Made by a program: the position numbers and the translations under genes
DNA from: Gemmatimonadota bacterium
GTDB lineage: Bacteria > Gemmatimonadota > Gemmatimonadetes > Gemmatimonadales > GWC2-71-9
Length of the DNA: 64,000 nt
Reading direction: 5' to 3'
Assembly: GCA_003221005.1 (NCBI GenBank)
Contig: QHTZ01000071.1
Span: 16,443 to 80,442 of the forward strand
Notes under the pieces: generated by a model
Told to the model about the DNA's origin: nothing
The model's input: the letters and a program-made list of their open reading frames with translations, nothing else
Database searches by the model: none
In this document: piece after piece, positions 9,070 through 17,452 of the stretch
Position numbering within the stretch: the first letter of the stretch is position 1
Layout of the letters: the number at the start of each line of letters is the position of its first letter

Positions 9070-9248
9070 GCCACACCCCGCCTTCCTCTGCCACCCGCCC
9101 CGTCGATTGCGTCGCTCACGGGACGGTCTACGTGATTATACCACGAGTCGCGCAGCCGCGTCGGCCCTTGGCTGGGCAGACGAGCGGTATTACATTGCGG
9201 CGCCGATTCACCACCACCGTCCCACCTGGAAGAAGGAGCATCCCCCGC

Positions 9249-9518
9249 ATGGGCAACCAGCGTCCCGAACCCCGCAGGAGCCAGCCCGCCACGCCCTTCG
9301 AGCAGGCGCGCGACGAACTGTTCTCCCACATTCTTCGCTGCGGCGTTCTGGAAGCGTCGCCCGAGCATCAGAAGGAATGGTTTGACGACACCATGCTCTA
9401 CCTGCGTGACCGCTACGAGGGGCTGGACGACGACCGGCTCGCGGAGCTCCGCGTGCTGGGCGAGCGTTACTGCCGCCCCGTAGTGGCGCGCAGCCTGCAG
9501 GTCGACGTAGCGAGCTGA
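9249..9518 (+). CDS. Hypothetical protein (89 aa)
   Basis: ATG 9249 follows GGAG. The sequence MGNQRPEPRRSQPATPFEQARDELFSHILRCGVLEASPEHQKEWFDDTMLYLRDRYEG is protein-like, whereas the upstream 39 codons of the listed ORF are Arg/Pro-rich. Confidence 0.45.
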   Translation: MGNQRPEPRRSQPATPFEQARDELFSHILRCGVLEASPEHQKEWFDDTMLYLRDRYEGLDDDRLAELRVLGERYCRPVVARSLQVDVAS

Positions 9519-9519
9519 G

Positions 9520-9981
9520 CTACCACCCCCGCGGGAGGTGCCGCCAGCGAAGCCCCACCGCGCCGCGGATCCCGCCCCCGAGCCCCACCTCGACGAACCA
9601 CCCGCGCCGCCGTCCGGGCGCCGCCTCGACGCCCAGCGTCGCCAGCAGATACGCCGCACCAGCCACGCCGCGCGCGCCCGCGAACGCGAGCCCCAGGCCC
9701 GCGTAGGGGCTCAGCCCCGTGCGTGCTGCGGGCCGGAGCACGAACTGCGCCGTCGCCCCCGCGCGCACCGCGACCGCGCCTTCCCCGTCTCCCACCGCGG
9801 CCGACGCGGCGAAGCGGTCCTGGCCGTGCGGCCGCCAGGCGACCCCCACCTCGGCTCCCCAGAAGTCGCGGTGCGCCAGCGCACCGCTCACTCCCACCTG
9901 TAGCTCGGTCACGGCCAACTGCTGCTGCGCGCTGGCGCTCCCCGCTGCTCCAGCGGCGGCCACGAAAGCCGCGCACCACAC
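9520..9981 (-). CDS. Small secreted / outer-membrane beta-barrel-like protein
   Basis: Has a signal-like N-terminus ending ASA-QQ, Gly/Ala-rich alternating strands and a C-terminal aromatic residue (…LPRGW). The GTG start lies 7 nt after the OsmC stop. Confidence 0.4.
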   Translation of the reverse strand: MWCAAFVAAAGAAGSASAQQQLAVTELQVGVSGALAHRDFWGAEVGVAWRPHGQDRFAASAAVGDGEGAVAVRAGATAQFVLRPAARTGLSPYAGLGLAFAGARGVAGAAYLLATLGVEAAPGRRRGWFVEVGLGGGIRGAVGLRWRHLPRGW

Positions 9982-9988
9982 GAGCGCC

Positions 9989-10402
9989 CTAGTGGCCGAT
10001 GGCGACGTCGTAGGCGATGGCGGTGTCGGGGGCGAGCGACGCGACGACCGAACAGTACTTCGTCAGCGACAGGTCGATCGCCCGGCGGGCCTTCGGCTCA
10101 TCGGCGCCTGCGCCGGCGATGGTGAAGTGGAAGTGGAGCGCGGTGTAACGCCGTGGGTGGTCCTGGCGCCGCGTACCCTGCACCGCGATCTCGAGCGACC
10201 GCAGCGCCACCCGCTCCTTCTCGAGGATCGACACCACGTCAGCGGCGGTACATGTGGCGGCGGCTACGAGCAACAGCTCGACGGGACTGGTCGCGGCGGC
10301 GCTGTCGCCGTCCACGAGGATGACCGGCTGCCTGGCGGCGCCGCCCTCGAACAATAGTTTCTCGCGCCAGCGCACCGTCACCACGCGCTCGCCTCCCGCC
10401 AT
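9989..10402 (-). CDS. osmC: OsmC/Ohr family peroxiredoxin-like protein
   Basis: A 137-aa C-terminal part of the listed 309-aa ORF, starting MAGGERVVTVRW. OsmC hallmarks are SPVELLLVAAATCTAADV and the second Cys in LTKYCSV. Confidence 0.8.
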   Translation of the reverse strand: MAGGERVVTVRWREKLLFEGGAARQPVILVDGDSAAATSPVELLLVAAATCTAADVVSILEKERVALRSLEIAVQGTRRQDHPRRYTALHFHFTIAGAGADEPKARRAIDLSLTKYCSVVASLAPDTAIAYDVAIGH

Positions 10403-10404
10403 GC

Positions 10405-10929
10405 TCAGCTGCCGCGCCGGGTCGTGAGTCCGACGCAGAAGCGGTTGTGCTGAAACGCGTCCAGGGCGCGGTACTCGAGCATCCAGCTGAAGGTGGAGCG
10501 GTAGCGCACTTCGATGCCGACGACGGCGTTCACCCACGCGGCCGGACAGCCGGACCCGGCGCCGCAATCGGCGTGGCCCGCGAGCGCGATGCCGGCGCCG
10601 GCGTATGGCACGGTCGCCGGCTTGTCGTCGGCAAAGCGATACAGCACTTCGAAGCTGCCGGTGTAGGTGTTGGCGCCGTTCAGGATCGCGATCTCCGCCG
10701 ACGGGCGGAGTCGGAGGCGGGAGACGGCCACGTTCCCGACGTCGAGCGCCGCGCCCAATACGAGCTGCCCGCTGCCCCTCACGTCCAGACCGCTCCACAC
10801 CCCGAACCCGAACAGCCCCACCTGCGTGCCGCCGTGCCGGGTGCGCTGCACGGGTGGAGGGGGAAACGCCTGCGCGGCGAGGGGTGTCGCCAGCACGGCG
10901 CCACACGTCAGCAACCACGCAGCGCGCAT
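10405..10929 (-). CDS. Secreted outer-membrane beta-barrel-like protein (174 aa)
   Basis: Has the signal peptide MRAAWLLTCGAVLATPLAAQA and alternating beta-strand pattern (YAGAGIALAG, VGIEVRY, WMLEYRA). It is separated by 1-2 nt from both neighbours. Confidence 0.5.
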   Translation of the reverse strand: MRAAWLLTCGAVLATPLAAQAFPPPPVQRTRHGGTQVGLFGFGVWSGLDVRGSGQLVLGAALDVGNVAVSRLRLRPSAEIAILNGANTYTGSFEVLYRFADDKPATVPYAGAGIALAGHADCGAGSGCPAAWVNAVVGIEVRYRSTFSWMLEYRALDAFQHNRFCVGLTTRRGS

Positions 10930-10930
10930 G

Positions 10931-11476
10931 TCACTCCCCGGTCGGCCGGGCGCGCGCGTGCGCCGCCGCGCGCCCGTAGTCCCAGATCGCGTACAGGCCG
11001 ATCGCCGCAGTGGCCCACGCCAGCGGCCGCACCAGTGACGAGTCAGCGATCGCCGCCACCAGGGTCAGGATCTGTCCCACCGTCACCGCCTTCCCTCCCG
11101 CCCGAGCCGGCAGGGCAACGGGCCGGCGCAGCAGCCACGTGCCAAGGAATCCGAGCACCGCGACGGCGTCCCGCGTGAGTACCCCGACGATCTCGATGGG
11201 ATGCAGCATGCCCCAGCGCGCGACCGTGAGGAACGCCGCGACCATGAACAGCTTGTCGGCCACCGGATCGAGCAGCGCGCCAGCGCGAGAGCTCCCGAAA
11301 CGCCGCGCCAGCACCCCGTCGAAGAAATCCGACGCGGCCGCCACCGCCACCGCACCCAGCTGCTCGACGGGATGGCGCAGGAAGGGAAACACGACCGCGA
11401 GGGGAATGCGAAGCGCCGTCAGCACATCGGCCCCCGTCACCCACGGTTTCACTTGCCCCTCCCTCCCGCGCGGCAT
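10931..11476 (-). CDS. pgsA: CDP-alcohol phosphatidyltransferase (PgsA-like)
   Basis: Contains the family motif D(x2)DG(x2)AR...G(x3)D(x3)D as SDFFDGVLARRFGSSRAGALLDPVADK. It is a multi-TM protein. Confidence 0.8.
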   Translation of the reverse strand: MPRGREGQVKPWVTGADVLTALRIPLAVVFPFLRHPVEQLGAVAVAAASDFFDGVLARRFGSSRAGALLDPVADKLFMVAAFLTVARWGMLHPIEIVGVLTRDAVAVLGFLGTWLLRRPVALPARAGGKAVTVGQILTLVAAIADSSLVRPLAWATAAIGLYAIWDYGRAAAHARARPTGE

Positions 11477-11487
11477 AGCTTCACGCC

Positions 11488-11946
11488 GTGGACCTCAATC
11501 TGTTGAAGCAAGCGGCGATCTTCCAAGACCTCGACGAGGGTGAATTGGCCCGGGTATCGGAGGTGTGTCGCGAGCAGAAGTTCACTCTCGGACAACACGT
11601 GTTCAAGGAAGGCGAGCCCGGTAACCGGCTGTTCATTATTTCCGACGGCGAGGTCCGCATCTCCCGCACGATCCCGGGGTCCGGCGAGGAGGCCCTCGCC
11701 GTTCTCAAGCCCGGGTCGTGCTTCGGCGAAATGTCGATCTTCGACCGCTCGGAGCGCTCGACCGACGCCATCGCCAACACCGCCTGTACCCTCATCACGA
11801 TCTCCCGCTCCGATTTCGAGCTGCTCCTGGACTTCAATCGCGACATCGCCTACAAGGTGCTCTGGTCCGTCGTGCGGCTGCTCTCGGCACGACTGCGGGT
11901 GACGAACGACAACCTGCGCTCGTTCCTCGCCATGTCGATGTTCTAA
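11488..11946 (+). CDS. Cyclic-nucleotide-binding domain protein (stand-alone, 152 aa)
   Basis: cNMP-binding hallmarks are FKEGEPGNRLFIISDGEVRI and the phosphate-binding cassette FGEMSIFDRSERSTDA. Confidence 0.85.
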   Translation: MDLNLLKQAAIFQDLDEGELARVSEVCREQKFTLGQHVFKEGEPGNRLFIISDGEVRISRTIPGSGEEALAVLKPGSCFGEMSIFDRSERSTDAIANTACTLITISRSDFELLLDFNRDIAYKVLWSVVRLLSARLRVTNDNLRSFLAMSMF

Positions 11947-11964
11947 ACGGCGGGGCCACCCGAA

Positions 11965-12342
11965 GTGCCAAGCGTGTCGCTGGAGCAGTTGTCGGCCGAC
12001 CTCGACGGCATCCCGGCCGACCGCCTGAACGACGTGCAGGGCCTCACCGGCCTGCTGCTGGCCGCGGCGAACGCGGCGGGGTTGAACCCCGCGAGCCCCC
12101 CCGCCGTCAAGGTCGGGCCGAGGGGCGTCGGCGCGGTCCTGCTCTGCCATGGCGGCCATGTGCTGCTGCACGCCGTACCGGACGCCGGAGTCTGTTTCGT
12201 GGATGTGGCGGGTGTGGGCGGCGTGCACGCGCAGCGCGGCCTGGACGTCGTCACCCGGCGGCTCGGGGCGCGTCAGATCCGGATCGACAACCGCCGCCGG
12301 GGCCCGCACACGCAGCCCACCACCACCTCGGAGGGTGCATGA
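11965..12342 (+). CDS. S-adenosylmethionine decarboxylase (SpeH)-fold protein lacking the catalytic Ser/Cys
   Basis: LSADLDG..LNDVQ and GVGAVLLCHGGHVLLHAVPDAGVCFVDVAGVGG parallel the SpeH segments (L.AEF.GC..LNDV; GVSGVV.ISESH..IHTWPE.GYAA.D.FTCG, recalled from memory). ESH is replaced by GGH and FTCG by AGVG. It has a GTG start and an ATGA overlap with DoxX. Confidence 0.5.
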   Translation: MPSVSLEQLSADLDGIPADRLNDVQGLTGLLLAAANAAGLNPASPPAVKVGPRGVGAVLLCHGGHVLLHAVPDAGVCFVDVAGVGGVHAQRGLDVVTRRLGARQIRIDNRRRGPHTQPTTTSEGA

Positions 12343-12725
12343 ACCAGCTGAGCCCGTACGCCGCCTTCTTCATGCGTCTCGCCGTGGGCGGCGTGTTCCT
12401 GCGCCACGGCATCGTCAAGGTTCACAGCGGTGTCCCGGCCGTCGCTGGCTTCCTCCACGGCGTCGGACTGCCGTTCGCGACCATCTGGGCCGTGGTCCTG
12501 ATCGCGGTGGAGACGGTCGGCGCGGCCTGCGTGCTGCTCGGAATCTTCACGCGCTTCTGGGCGGCGTGCATGGCCGTCGAGATGGTCGTCGCCATTCTCG
12601 CCGTCAAGGTGCCGCAGGCGGGGAACTTCGAGCTCGAGGGTCTGCTCCTGGCTGGCGCCATCACGCTGGTAGCGCTCGGAGACGGCCCGCTCAGCGTGGC
12701 GATCGGGCTCAAGCGGGGACTCTAA
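12339..12725 (+). CDS. DoxX-family membrane protein
   Basis: A 128-aa protein with four TM segments. FMRLAVGGVFLRHG.VK is typical of DoxX. GGAGGG lies upstream and the start forms an ATGA overlap. Confidence 0.8.
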   Translation: MNQLSPYAAFFMRLAVGGVFLRHGIVKVHSGVPAVAGFLHGVGLPFATIWAVVLIAVETVGAACVLLGIFTRFWAACMAVEMVVAILAVKVPQAGNFELEGLLLAGAITLVALGDGPLSVAIGLKRGL

Positions 12726-12735
12726 CGGGAAGCGC

Positions 12736-13896
12736 TCAGTGCAGTATCCTGAGGAGCCCCGCGTCCGCACTCCCCCTGATGAAGCTCTCAGGGTCGGTGG
12801 CGGGAATCGCCACCCCGGTCTGCTTGCGGCCGCGGCGCGCGCTCGCAGCCATGTACTCCTCGAGTGAGCCCTCCACCCACTCCGCCGCGTCGTCCTTCAT
12901 CTGTCGGACGATCTCCTCCCAAGTGCCGACGTAAGTGGCGCCGGTGGGCGTACTCACCCGGTGCATCTCGCCACTCGCGCTCCCGCCGCCGGCCCCGCTC
13001 CCGCCCCCGTCACCCGTCCCCGGGCGCGCTCGCATCCCCTTCAATTCGGTGAGCAGCGTGCCGAACAACTCGAGCTGCCTCGGATCGCGAACCTGACCAT
13101 CGGGGCCGATCGCCTCGATCTCGGCGAGGAGCAGGTCGTCAGGTCCTTCGCCGCCCGCCAGCTCCTCGAGGCGCCGACTCCACGGCAGGAGCTCGGGGTC
13201 GTCGGCGGCGAGCCGGTAGACCCCCTTCTTCAGCTCCATGAGCCGCCAGATAGCGAGCGCGTCGAAGTGCTCCTCCGGCTCGGTGCGCTCGAGGTGGAAG
13301 AGCGCGGCCTCGTACTCGCCCCGATCGTACAGCAGGTTCGCCAGGTAGACGCGGGCTTCCGCGTGCCCGGGGTCGAGCTCGAGGGCGCGTCGCAGCCAGG
13401 ATAGTGCCCCGCCTGCGTCCGTGAGCCGATGCGTCGCGTACCCCACGCACGCGGCCGCTTCGGCCGAGTCGGGATGGGCCCCGGCCACGATCTCGAAGAA
13501 GCGGCGTGCATGGTCGAGCACCCCTTCCCGAAACAGCGCGCGGCCGATTTGCAGCATGAGGTCGTGATCGTCGCGAAAGCCCAGCGCCAGGATGCGATCG
13601 AAGCACGCGACTGCGGCCGTGCGGTCCCCGAACTTGAGCAGCACCTCGCCCAATCCCGCGAGTGCGTCCTCGTGACCGGGGTCGAGCCCCAGCGCCTCCT
13701 CGAACGCGCGTCGCGTCCAGAGATACTCCTCCCGTGCGAGACGTGCATACCCCATCCCCACGTGGAGCTCGACGGCGTGGGGGTAGATGGTGAGTCCCTC
13801 GCGCAGCGTCTCGAGGGCTTCGTCGTAGTGTCCTTCGTTGTAGAGCTGATGCGCGCGTTCGTCGTAATCGTCGGAGCTCAAGAACGGGTCCGACAT
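12736..13896 (-). CDS. TPR repeat protein with a Gly-rich linker and an uncharacterised C-terminal domain
   Basis: Contains repeated TPR units (YNEGHYDEALETLREGL, GYARLAREEYLWTRRAFEEAL and others). I prefer the ATG at 13896 (MSDPFL), which follows GGGAGG. Confidence 0.75.
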   Translation of the reverse strand: MSDPFLSSDDYDERAHQLYNEGHYDEALETLREGLTIYPHAVELHVGMGYARLAREEYLWTRRAFEEALGLDPGHEDALAGLGEVLLKFGDRTAAVACFDRILALGFRDDHDLMLQIGRALFREGVLDHARRFFEIVAGAHPDSAEAAACVGYATHRLTDAGGALSWLRRALELDPGHAEARVYLANLLYDRGEYEAALFHLERTEPEEHFDALAIWRLMELKKGVYRLAADDPELLPWSRRLEELAGGEGPDDLLLAEIEAIGPDGQVRDPRQLELFGTLLTELKGMRARPGTGDGGGSGAGGGSASGEMHRVSTPTGATYVGTWEEIVRQMKDDAAEWVEGSLEEYMAASARRGRKQTGVAIPATDPESFIRGSADAGLLRILH

Positions 13897-13920
13897 CGAA
13901 CGGGCCTCCCGGGAAGGTTG

Positions 13921-13929
13921 TGCTATGAT
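13921..13929 (+). promoter_or_regulatory. Candidate extended -10 promoter element for argJ (TGcTATGAT)
   Basis: An AT-rich island (ggttgTGcTATGATaagaaa) lies in GC-rich DNA 54 nt upstream of the argJ ATG. There is no convincing -35. Confidence 0.3.
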
Positions 13930-13982
13930 AAGAAACCCCGGGCGGTTACACAAGCGAGTGGCGCCCGCTATCTTGACCGCCG

Positions 13983-15215
13983 ATGACCGCGACACTCGAC
14001 TCGCTCCCGGACGGGTCCGTCACTTCACCGCGCGGCTTCTCCGCCGCGGCCGCGCACGCGGGACTCAAGGCCGATGGCGCGCCGGACGTCGCGCTGCTCG
14101 TTAGCGCGACCAGCTGCGCGACGGCGGGCGTGTTCACGCGCAACGCCGTGCGCGCCGCCCCCGTGCTGTATGACGCGGACCTGCTGAGCGAGCGGCCCGG
14201 GCGGGTCCGCGCAGTCGCGATGAACGCCCGCGTCGCGAACGCCTGCACCGGCGCCGCCGGCCTGGATGCCGCCCGGGCCATGGCCCAAGCCGCAGAGCAG
14301 GCCGCAGGCCTGCCGCCCAGGACCGCGCTCGTCCTCTCCACCGGCGTGATCGGCGTGCCGTTGCCCGTCGCGCCCGTCGCAGACGGCCTCCGCCAGGCCG
14401 CCGCCCGGCTCTCCGCCGAGGGCGGGGCCGACGCGGCGCGGGCGATCATGACGACCGACACACGTCCCAAGCACTGCGCCGTCCGCCTCGACACGCCGAG
14501 CGGCGCGATTACAGTGGGAGGCATCGCCAAAGGTGCCGGTATGATCCACCCGGACCTCGCGACGCTCCTCGCCGTTCTCACCACCGACGCCGTAGCCGAG
14601 CCGGCGACCCTCGCTCCGCTGCTGCATCGCGTGGCGGACCGCACCTTCAATGCCATCTCAGTGGACGGCGACACCAGCACGAACGACACCGTGCTCCTGC
14701 TCGCCAACGGGACCTCGGGCGTGGATCCCGCGCGCGACGGCGCACTGTGGACGCAGTTCGAAGCCGCGGTGCAGCAGGTGGCCCGCACCCTGGCACTTGC
14801 CATCGTCGCGGACGGCGAAGGTGCCACGAAGGTGCTGGAGATCCACGTAGTGGGGGGAACGAGCGAGAAGGCGGCGCGCGAGATCGGCCGGGCGATCGCG
14901 CGCTCGACGCTCGTGAAGACGGCGATCTACGGCGCAGATCCGAACTGGGGGCGGGTACTCGCGGCGGCCGGTGCCGCGGGAGTTCCGCTCACCGTGGACC
15001 GTCTCACCTTGCAGGCCGCGGAGGGCGACGAGTGGCTCACCCTCGCCACCGGCGGCGCGACCGCCAACCCCGACCTGGGGCGCGCCCGCTCCGTCTTCCA
15101 ACAGAAAACGATCCGCCTCCGACTCGACCTTGGTGTCGGTCGGGCGGAGGCGGTGGTGTGGACCTGCGATCTGACGCCGGACTACGTCCGGATCAACGCG
15201 GACTACACGTCGTGA
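13983..15215 (+). CDS. argJ: Bifunctional ornithine acetyltransferase / N-acetylglutamate synthase
   Basis: Contains the ArgJ autoprocessing/active-site segment KGAGMIHPDLATLLAVLTTDA. The 410-aa length and the C-terminal INADYTS fit the family. Confidence 0.9.
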   Translation: MTATLDSLPDGSVTSPRGFSAAAAHAGLKADGAPDVALLVSATSCATAGVFTRNAVRAAPVLYDADLLSERPGRVRAVAMNARVANACTGAAGLDAARAMAQAAEQAAGLPPRTALVLSTGVIGVPLPVAPVADGLRQAAARLSAEGGADAARAIMTTDTRPKHCAVRLDTPSGAITVGGIAKGAGMIHPDLATLLAVLTTDAVAEPATLAPLLHRVADRTFNAISVDGDTSTNDTVLLLANGTSGVDPARDGALWTQFEAAVQQVARTLALAIVADGEGATKVLEIHVVGGTSEKAAREIGRAIARSTLVKTAIYGADPNWGRVLAAAGAAGVPLTVDRLTLQAAEGDEWLTLATGGATANPDLGRARSVFQQKTIRLRLDLGVGRAEAVVWTCDLTPDYVRINADYTS

Positions 15216-15413
15216 CTACGGCTTGGCCTTGGCGGCGGTGTCCTTCGCGGCGGGCTTGGCGGCCTTCTTCTTCATGGCCTTCTTCTTTGGCGCCGCCTTC
15301 TTGGCCTTCGCGGAGTCCTGCTGCGTCGGCGCGGCTGCCGTCGCGACCTGCTGGGCGACGATGGCGGCGGGAGCCGCGAGCAAAGCGGCGGTGAGGATGA
15401 GGCGACGGATCAT
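15216..15413 (-). CDS. Small secreted Lys/Ala-rich polycationic protein (65 aa)
   Basis: MIRRLILTAALLAAPAAIVAQQ looks like a signal peptide. It is followed by AKAKKAAPKKKAMKKKAAKPAAKDTAAKAKP. GGAGG lies 9 nt upstream of ATG 15413. Its stop abuts the argJ stop with no spacer. Confidence 0.45.
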   Translation of the reverse strand: MIRRLILTAALLAAPAAIVAQQVATAAAPTQQDSAKAKKAAPKKKAMKKKAAKPAAKDTAAKAKP

Positions 15414-15522
15414 GGGAATCAACCTCCAGAGGTAGTTGCGGACCATCTGGTCCGCTTCACTCGGTGAGACCCTCCCCGGCACCCACCCGTCACGCGCCCT
15501 CCAAACCGTCCCACTGTGAAAC

Positions 15523-16197
15523 CTAGTGCAGGGGCTGCTGCCCCCCGCTGGCTACCGGCCGGCGGGCGCGCTGCACAGTCGTCCGCGGCGGCGGGGGAGG
15601 TGCGGGCACGTTGGGGAGCTCGCTCCGGATCCGCGCCAGGGCTTCGGCGTGCGTGTGGCCCCGCTGGGTCTCCTGGATTGCGGCGCTCGAGACGTCGAGC
15701 AGCCGGACCCCCCGGAGCCCCTGGTGCACCGCCTCGAGGATGAGATCGGCGGCCGAATCCCCGCTGAAATGGTGGGCGACGAGATCGGCGACCGCGTGCA
15801 GCGCCGTGCCTCGAGGCTCGCCGGGGAGCGCGGCGACGATGCGCGCGATTACGGAGTCCGCGAGGCCACGCTTGCGCGCCGACACCACCGTGATCACCTC
15901 GGCGGGCGTGGCGGGCGGTGTGTCGCCGGCGCGCCGCAGCAGCTCCTGAGCCCGGCGCAACTGGTCCAGGTTCAGCTCCACCGCCTTCACGATCCGCTCG
16001 CTCGACACGTGTTTGGCGCCACCTTCGACCGCCTTCTGGACCAGCGGGTCGGTCGGCAGACTCTCGCGCGCGGCGACCTGCACCAGGGAGTCGATAACCG
16101 GGATGCTGGCCGCCGGGACGCGCCCCTCGAGCCGCGTGCGGAGCGACTGCGCGGCGAGCGGGGAGGCGACGCACAGGACGAGCAACGCCAGCTTCAT
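15523..16197 (-). CDS. Secreted all-helical hypothetical protein (224 aa)
   Basis: Has the signal peptide MKLALLVLCVASPLAAQS and an ATGA overlap with the upstream anti-sigma gene. I recognise no family. Confidence 0.55.
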   Translation of the reverse strand: MKLALLVLCVASPLAAQSLRTRLEGRVPAASIPVIDSLVQVAARESLPTDPLVQKAVEGGAKHVSSERIVKAVELNLDQLRRAQELLRRAGDTPPATPAEVITVVSARKRGLADSVIARIVAALPGEPRGTALHAVADLVAHHFSGDSAADLILEAVHQGLRGVRLLDVSSAAIQETQRGHTHAEALARIRSELPNVPAPPPPPRTTVQRARRPVASGGQQPLH

Positions 16198-16802
16198 TGC
16201 AGGACGGGCCGCACGATCAAGAGGGAGTTTTCGCGGCCGAAGTCGTCCGCCACGTAGCGCCCCGCCAGCGGGTCCGCGACCCAGCGTTCGCCATCCACCA
16301 CGAACATGTACTCGTGCGCCCCCGTCGGGAGCACGACGACACCGCGCCACACCCCGTCATGGTCACGATCTTCGAGTGCGATGGAACCGGCGCGCCAGTC
16401 GTTGAACGAGCCGACTACGGCGACGGACCGGGCTCCCGGGAAGCGGGCCACGAATTGCGCGATCCCCTCCTCCTCGCCGACGTCGGGCCGCGACACGCGC
16501 GCGGGCAGGAGCGTCAGCAGCGCCAACCCGGCGGCGAGTGCGAGGGTCCAGACGGGGCGCATCCGCAGGACGATCGCGCGAGGCGTGACCAGCCACCACA
16601 CCAAGCGCGACCGGCGCGGGGCAGCGGGGCGCCGGAGCGCCGCCATGACCCGTTGCTCGACACTCTCCGCTTTCGGGGCCGCGGCGAGCAGCGCCGCCGC
16701 CGCCTCCAGGAGCTCGACTTGCCGCCTGAGCTCAGGCGGCAGCGCCTCCCGTTGGATCTCGCCATCCAGCACCTGATGAATTCGCGGGTCGATCGTGCTC
16801 AT
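16194..16802 (-). CDS. Anti-sigma factor, single TM, with a periplasmic CBM48/AMPK-beta glycogen-binding-like domain
   Basis: Has an ATGA overlap with the ECF sigma gene and a TM segment WTLALAAGLALLTLL. The C-terminal VAVVGSFNDW...GVWRGVVVLPTGAHEYMFVVDGERWVADP...NSLL matches the CBM48 pattern. Confidence 0.65.
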   Translation of the reverse strand: MSTIDPRIHQVLDGEIQREALPPELRRQVELLEAAAALLAAAPKAESVEQRVMAALRRPAAPRRSRLVWWLVTPRAIVLRMRPVWTLALAAGLALLTLLPARVSRPDVGEEEGIAQFVARFPGARSVAVVGSFNDWRAGSIALEDRDHDGVWRGVVVLPTGAHEYMFVVDGERWVADPLAGRYVADDFGRENSLLIVRPVLQ

Positions 16803-17347
16803 CGGTACTCCTCCAGCGCCTGCAACAGCGCTTCCCGTGCGCGATGCACGCGCATTTTCAGCGTCGGGATCCGTTCCCCCGTCGCCGCGGCCATCTCCTC
16901 GTAGCTCATCCCCTCGACGTGCTTCAGAACGAACGCCTCCTGCTTCTCCGGGGAGAGCGTCCTCAAGGCCCGTTCCACGAGTACCAGCTGCTCGGCTCGC
17001 TCCACCGCTGCCTCGGTGTCCCTCGGATCCGCGACCGGTGGCGCCTCGTCGAGCGAAACGTCCGCCGTCGCGCGGCGGGCGAGGTGGCTCTTGCACCGGT
17101 TGGCCACGATGCGATACAGCCAAGTGCGCAGTCGCGCCGGGTCACGACAGCTTGCCAGGTGGCGGTAGGCGCGGACCAAACCTTCCGCCACGGCGTCCGC
17201 CGCCGCATCCCGGCTGCCGAGCATGCGCGCCGCGTAGCGCAGCAGACCCGGCTCGTAGCGGCGGATCACGAGGCCGAAGGCTTCCCGGTCGCCCCCCAAG
17301 ACCCGGGCCACTACCTCCGCGTCAGAGGGCGCGCTCGCTACATCCAT
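16799..17347 (-). CDS. ECF-type RNA polymerase sigma-70 family factor
   Basis: Region 2 (AFGLVIRRYEPGLLRYAARMLG, WLYRIVANRC) and region 4 (QEAFVLKHVEGMSYEEMAAATGERIPTLKMRVHRAREAL) are both recognisable. Confidence 0.9.
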   Translation of the reverse strand: MDVASAPSDAEVVARVLGGDREAFGLVIRRYEPGLLRYAARMLGSRDAAADAVAEGLVRAYRHLASCRDPARLRTWLYRIVANRCKSHLARRATADVSLDEAPPVADPRDTEAAVERAEQLVLVERALRTLSPEKQEAFVLKHVEGMSYEEMAAATGERIPTLKMRVHRAREALLQALEEYR

Positions 17348-17452
17348 AAGACCTGCATCCGGATTGGGGCGTCACGCTACACCGCGCCCGGCGCGGTGCG
17401 CTAGGGGCTGCAATCTCAAGGGATTCCGGGCCGTGATGCGAAGCGAAACGGA

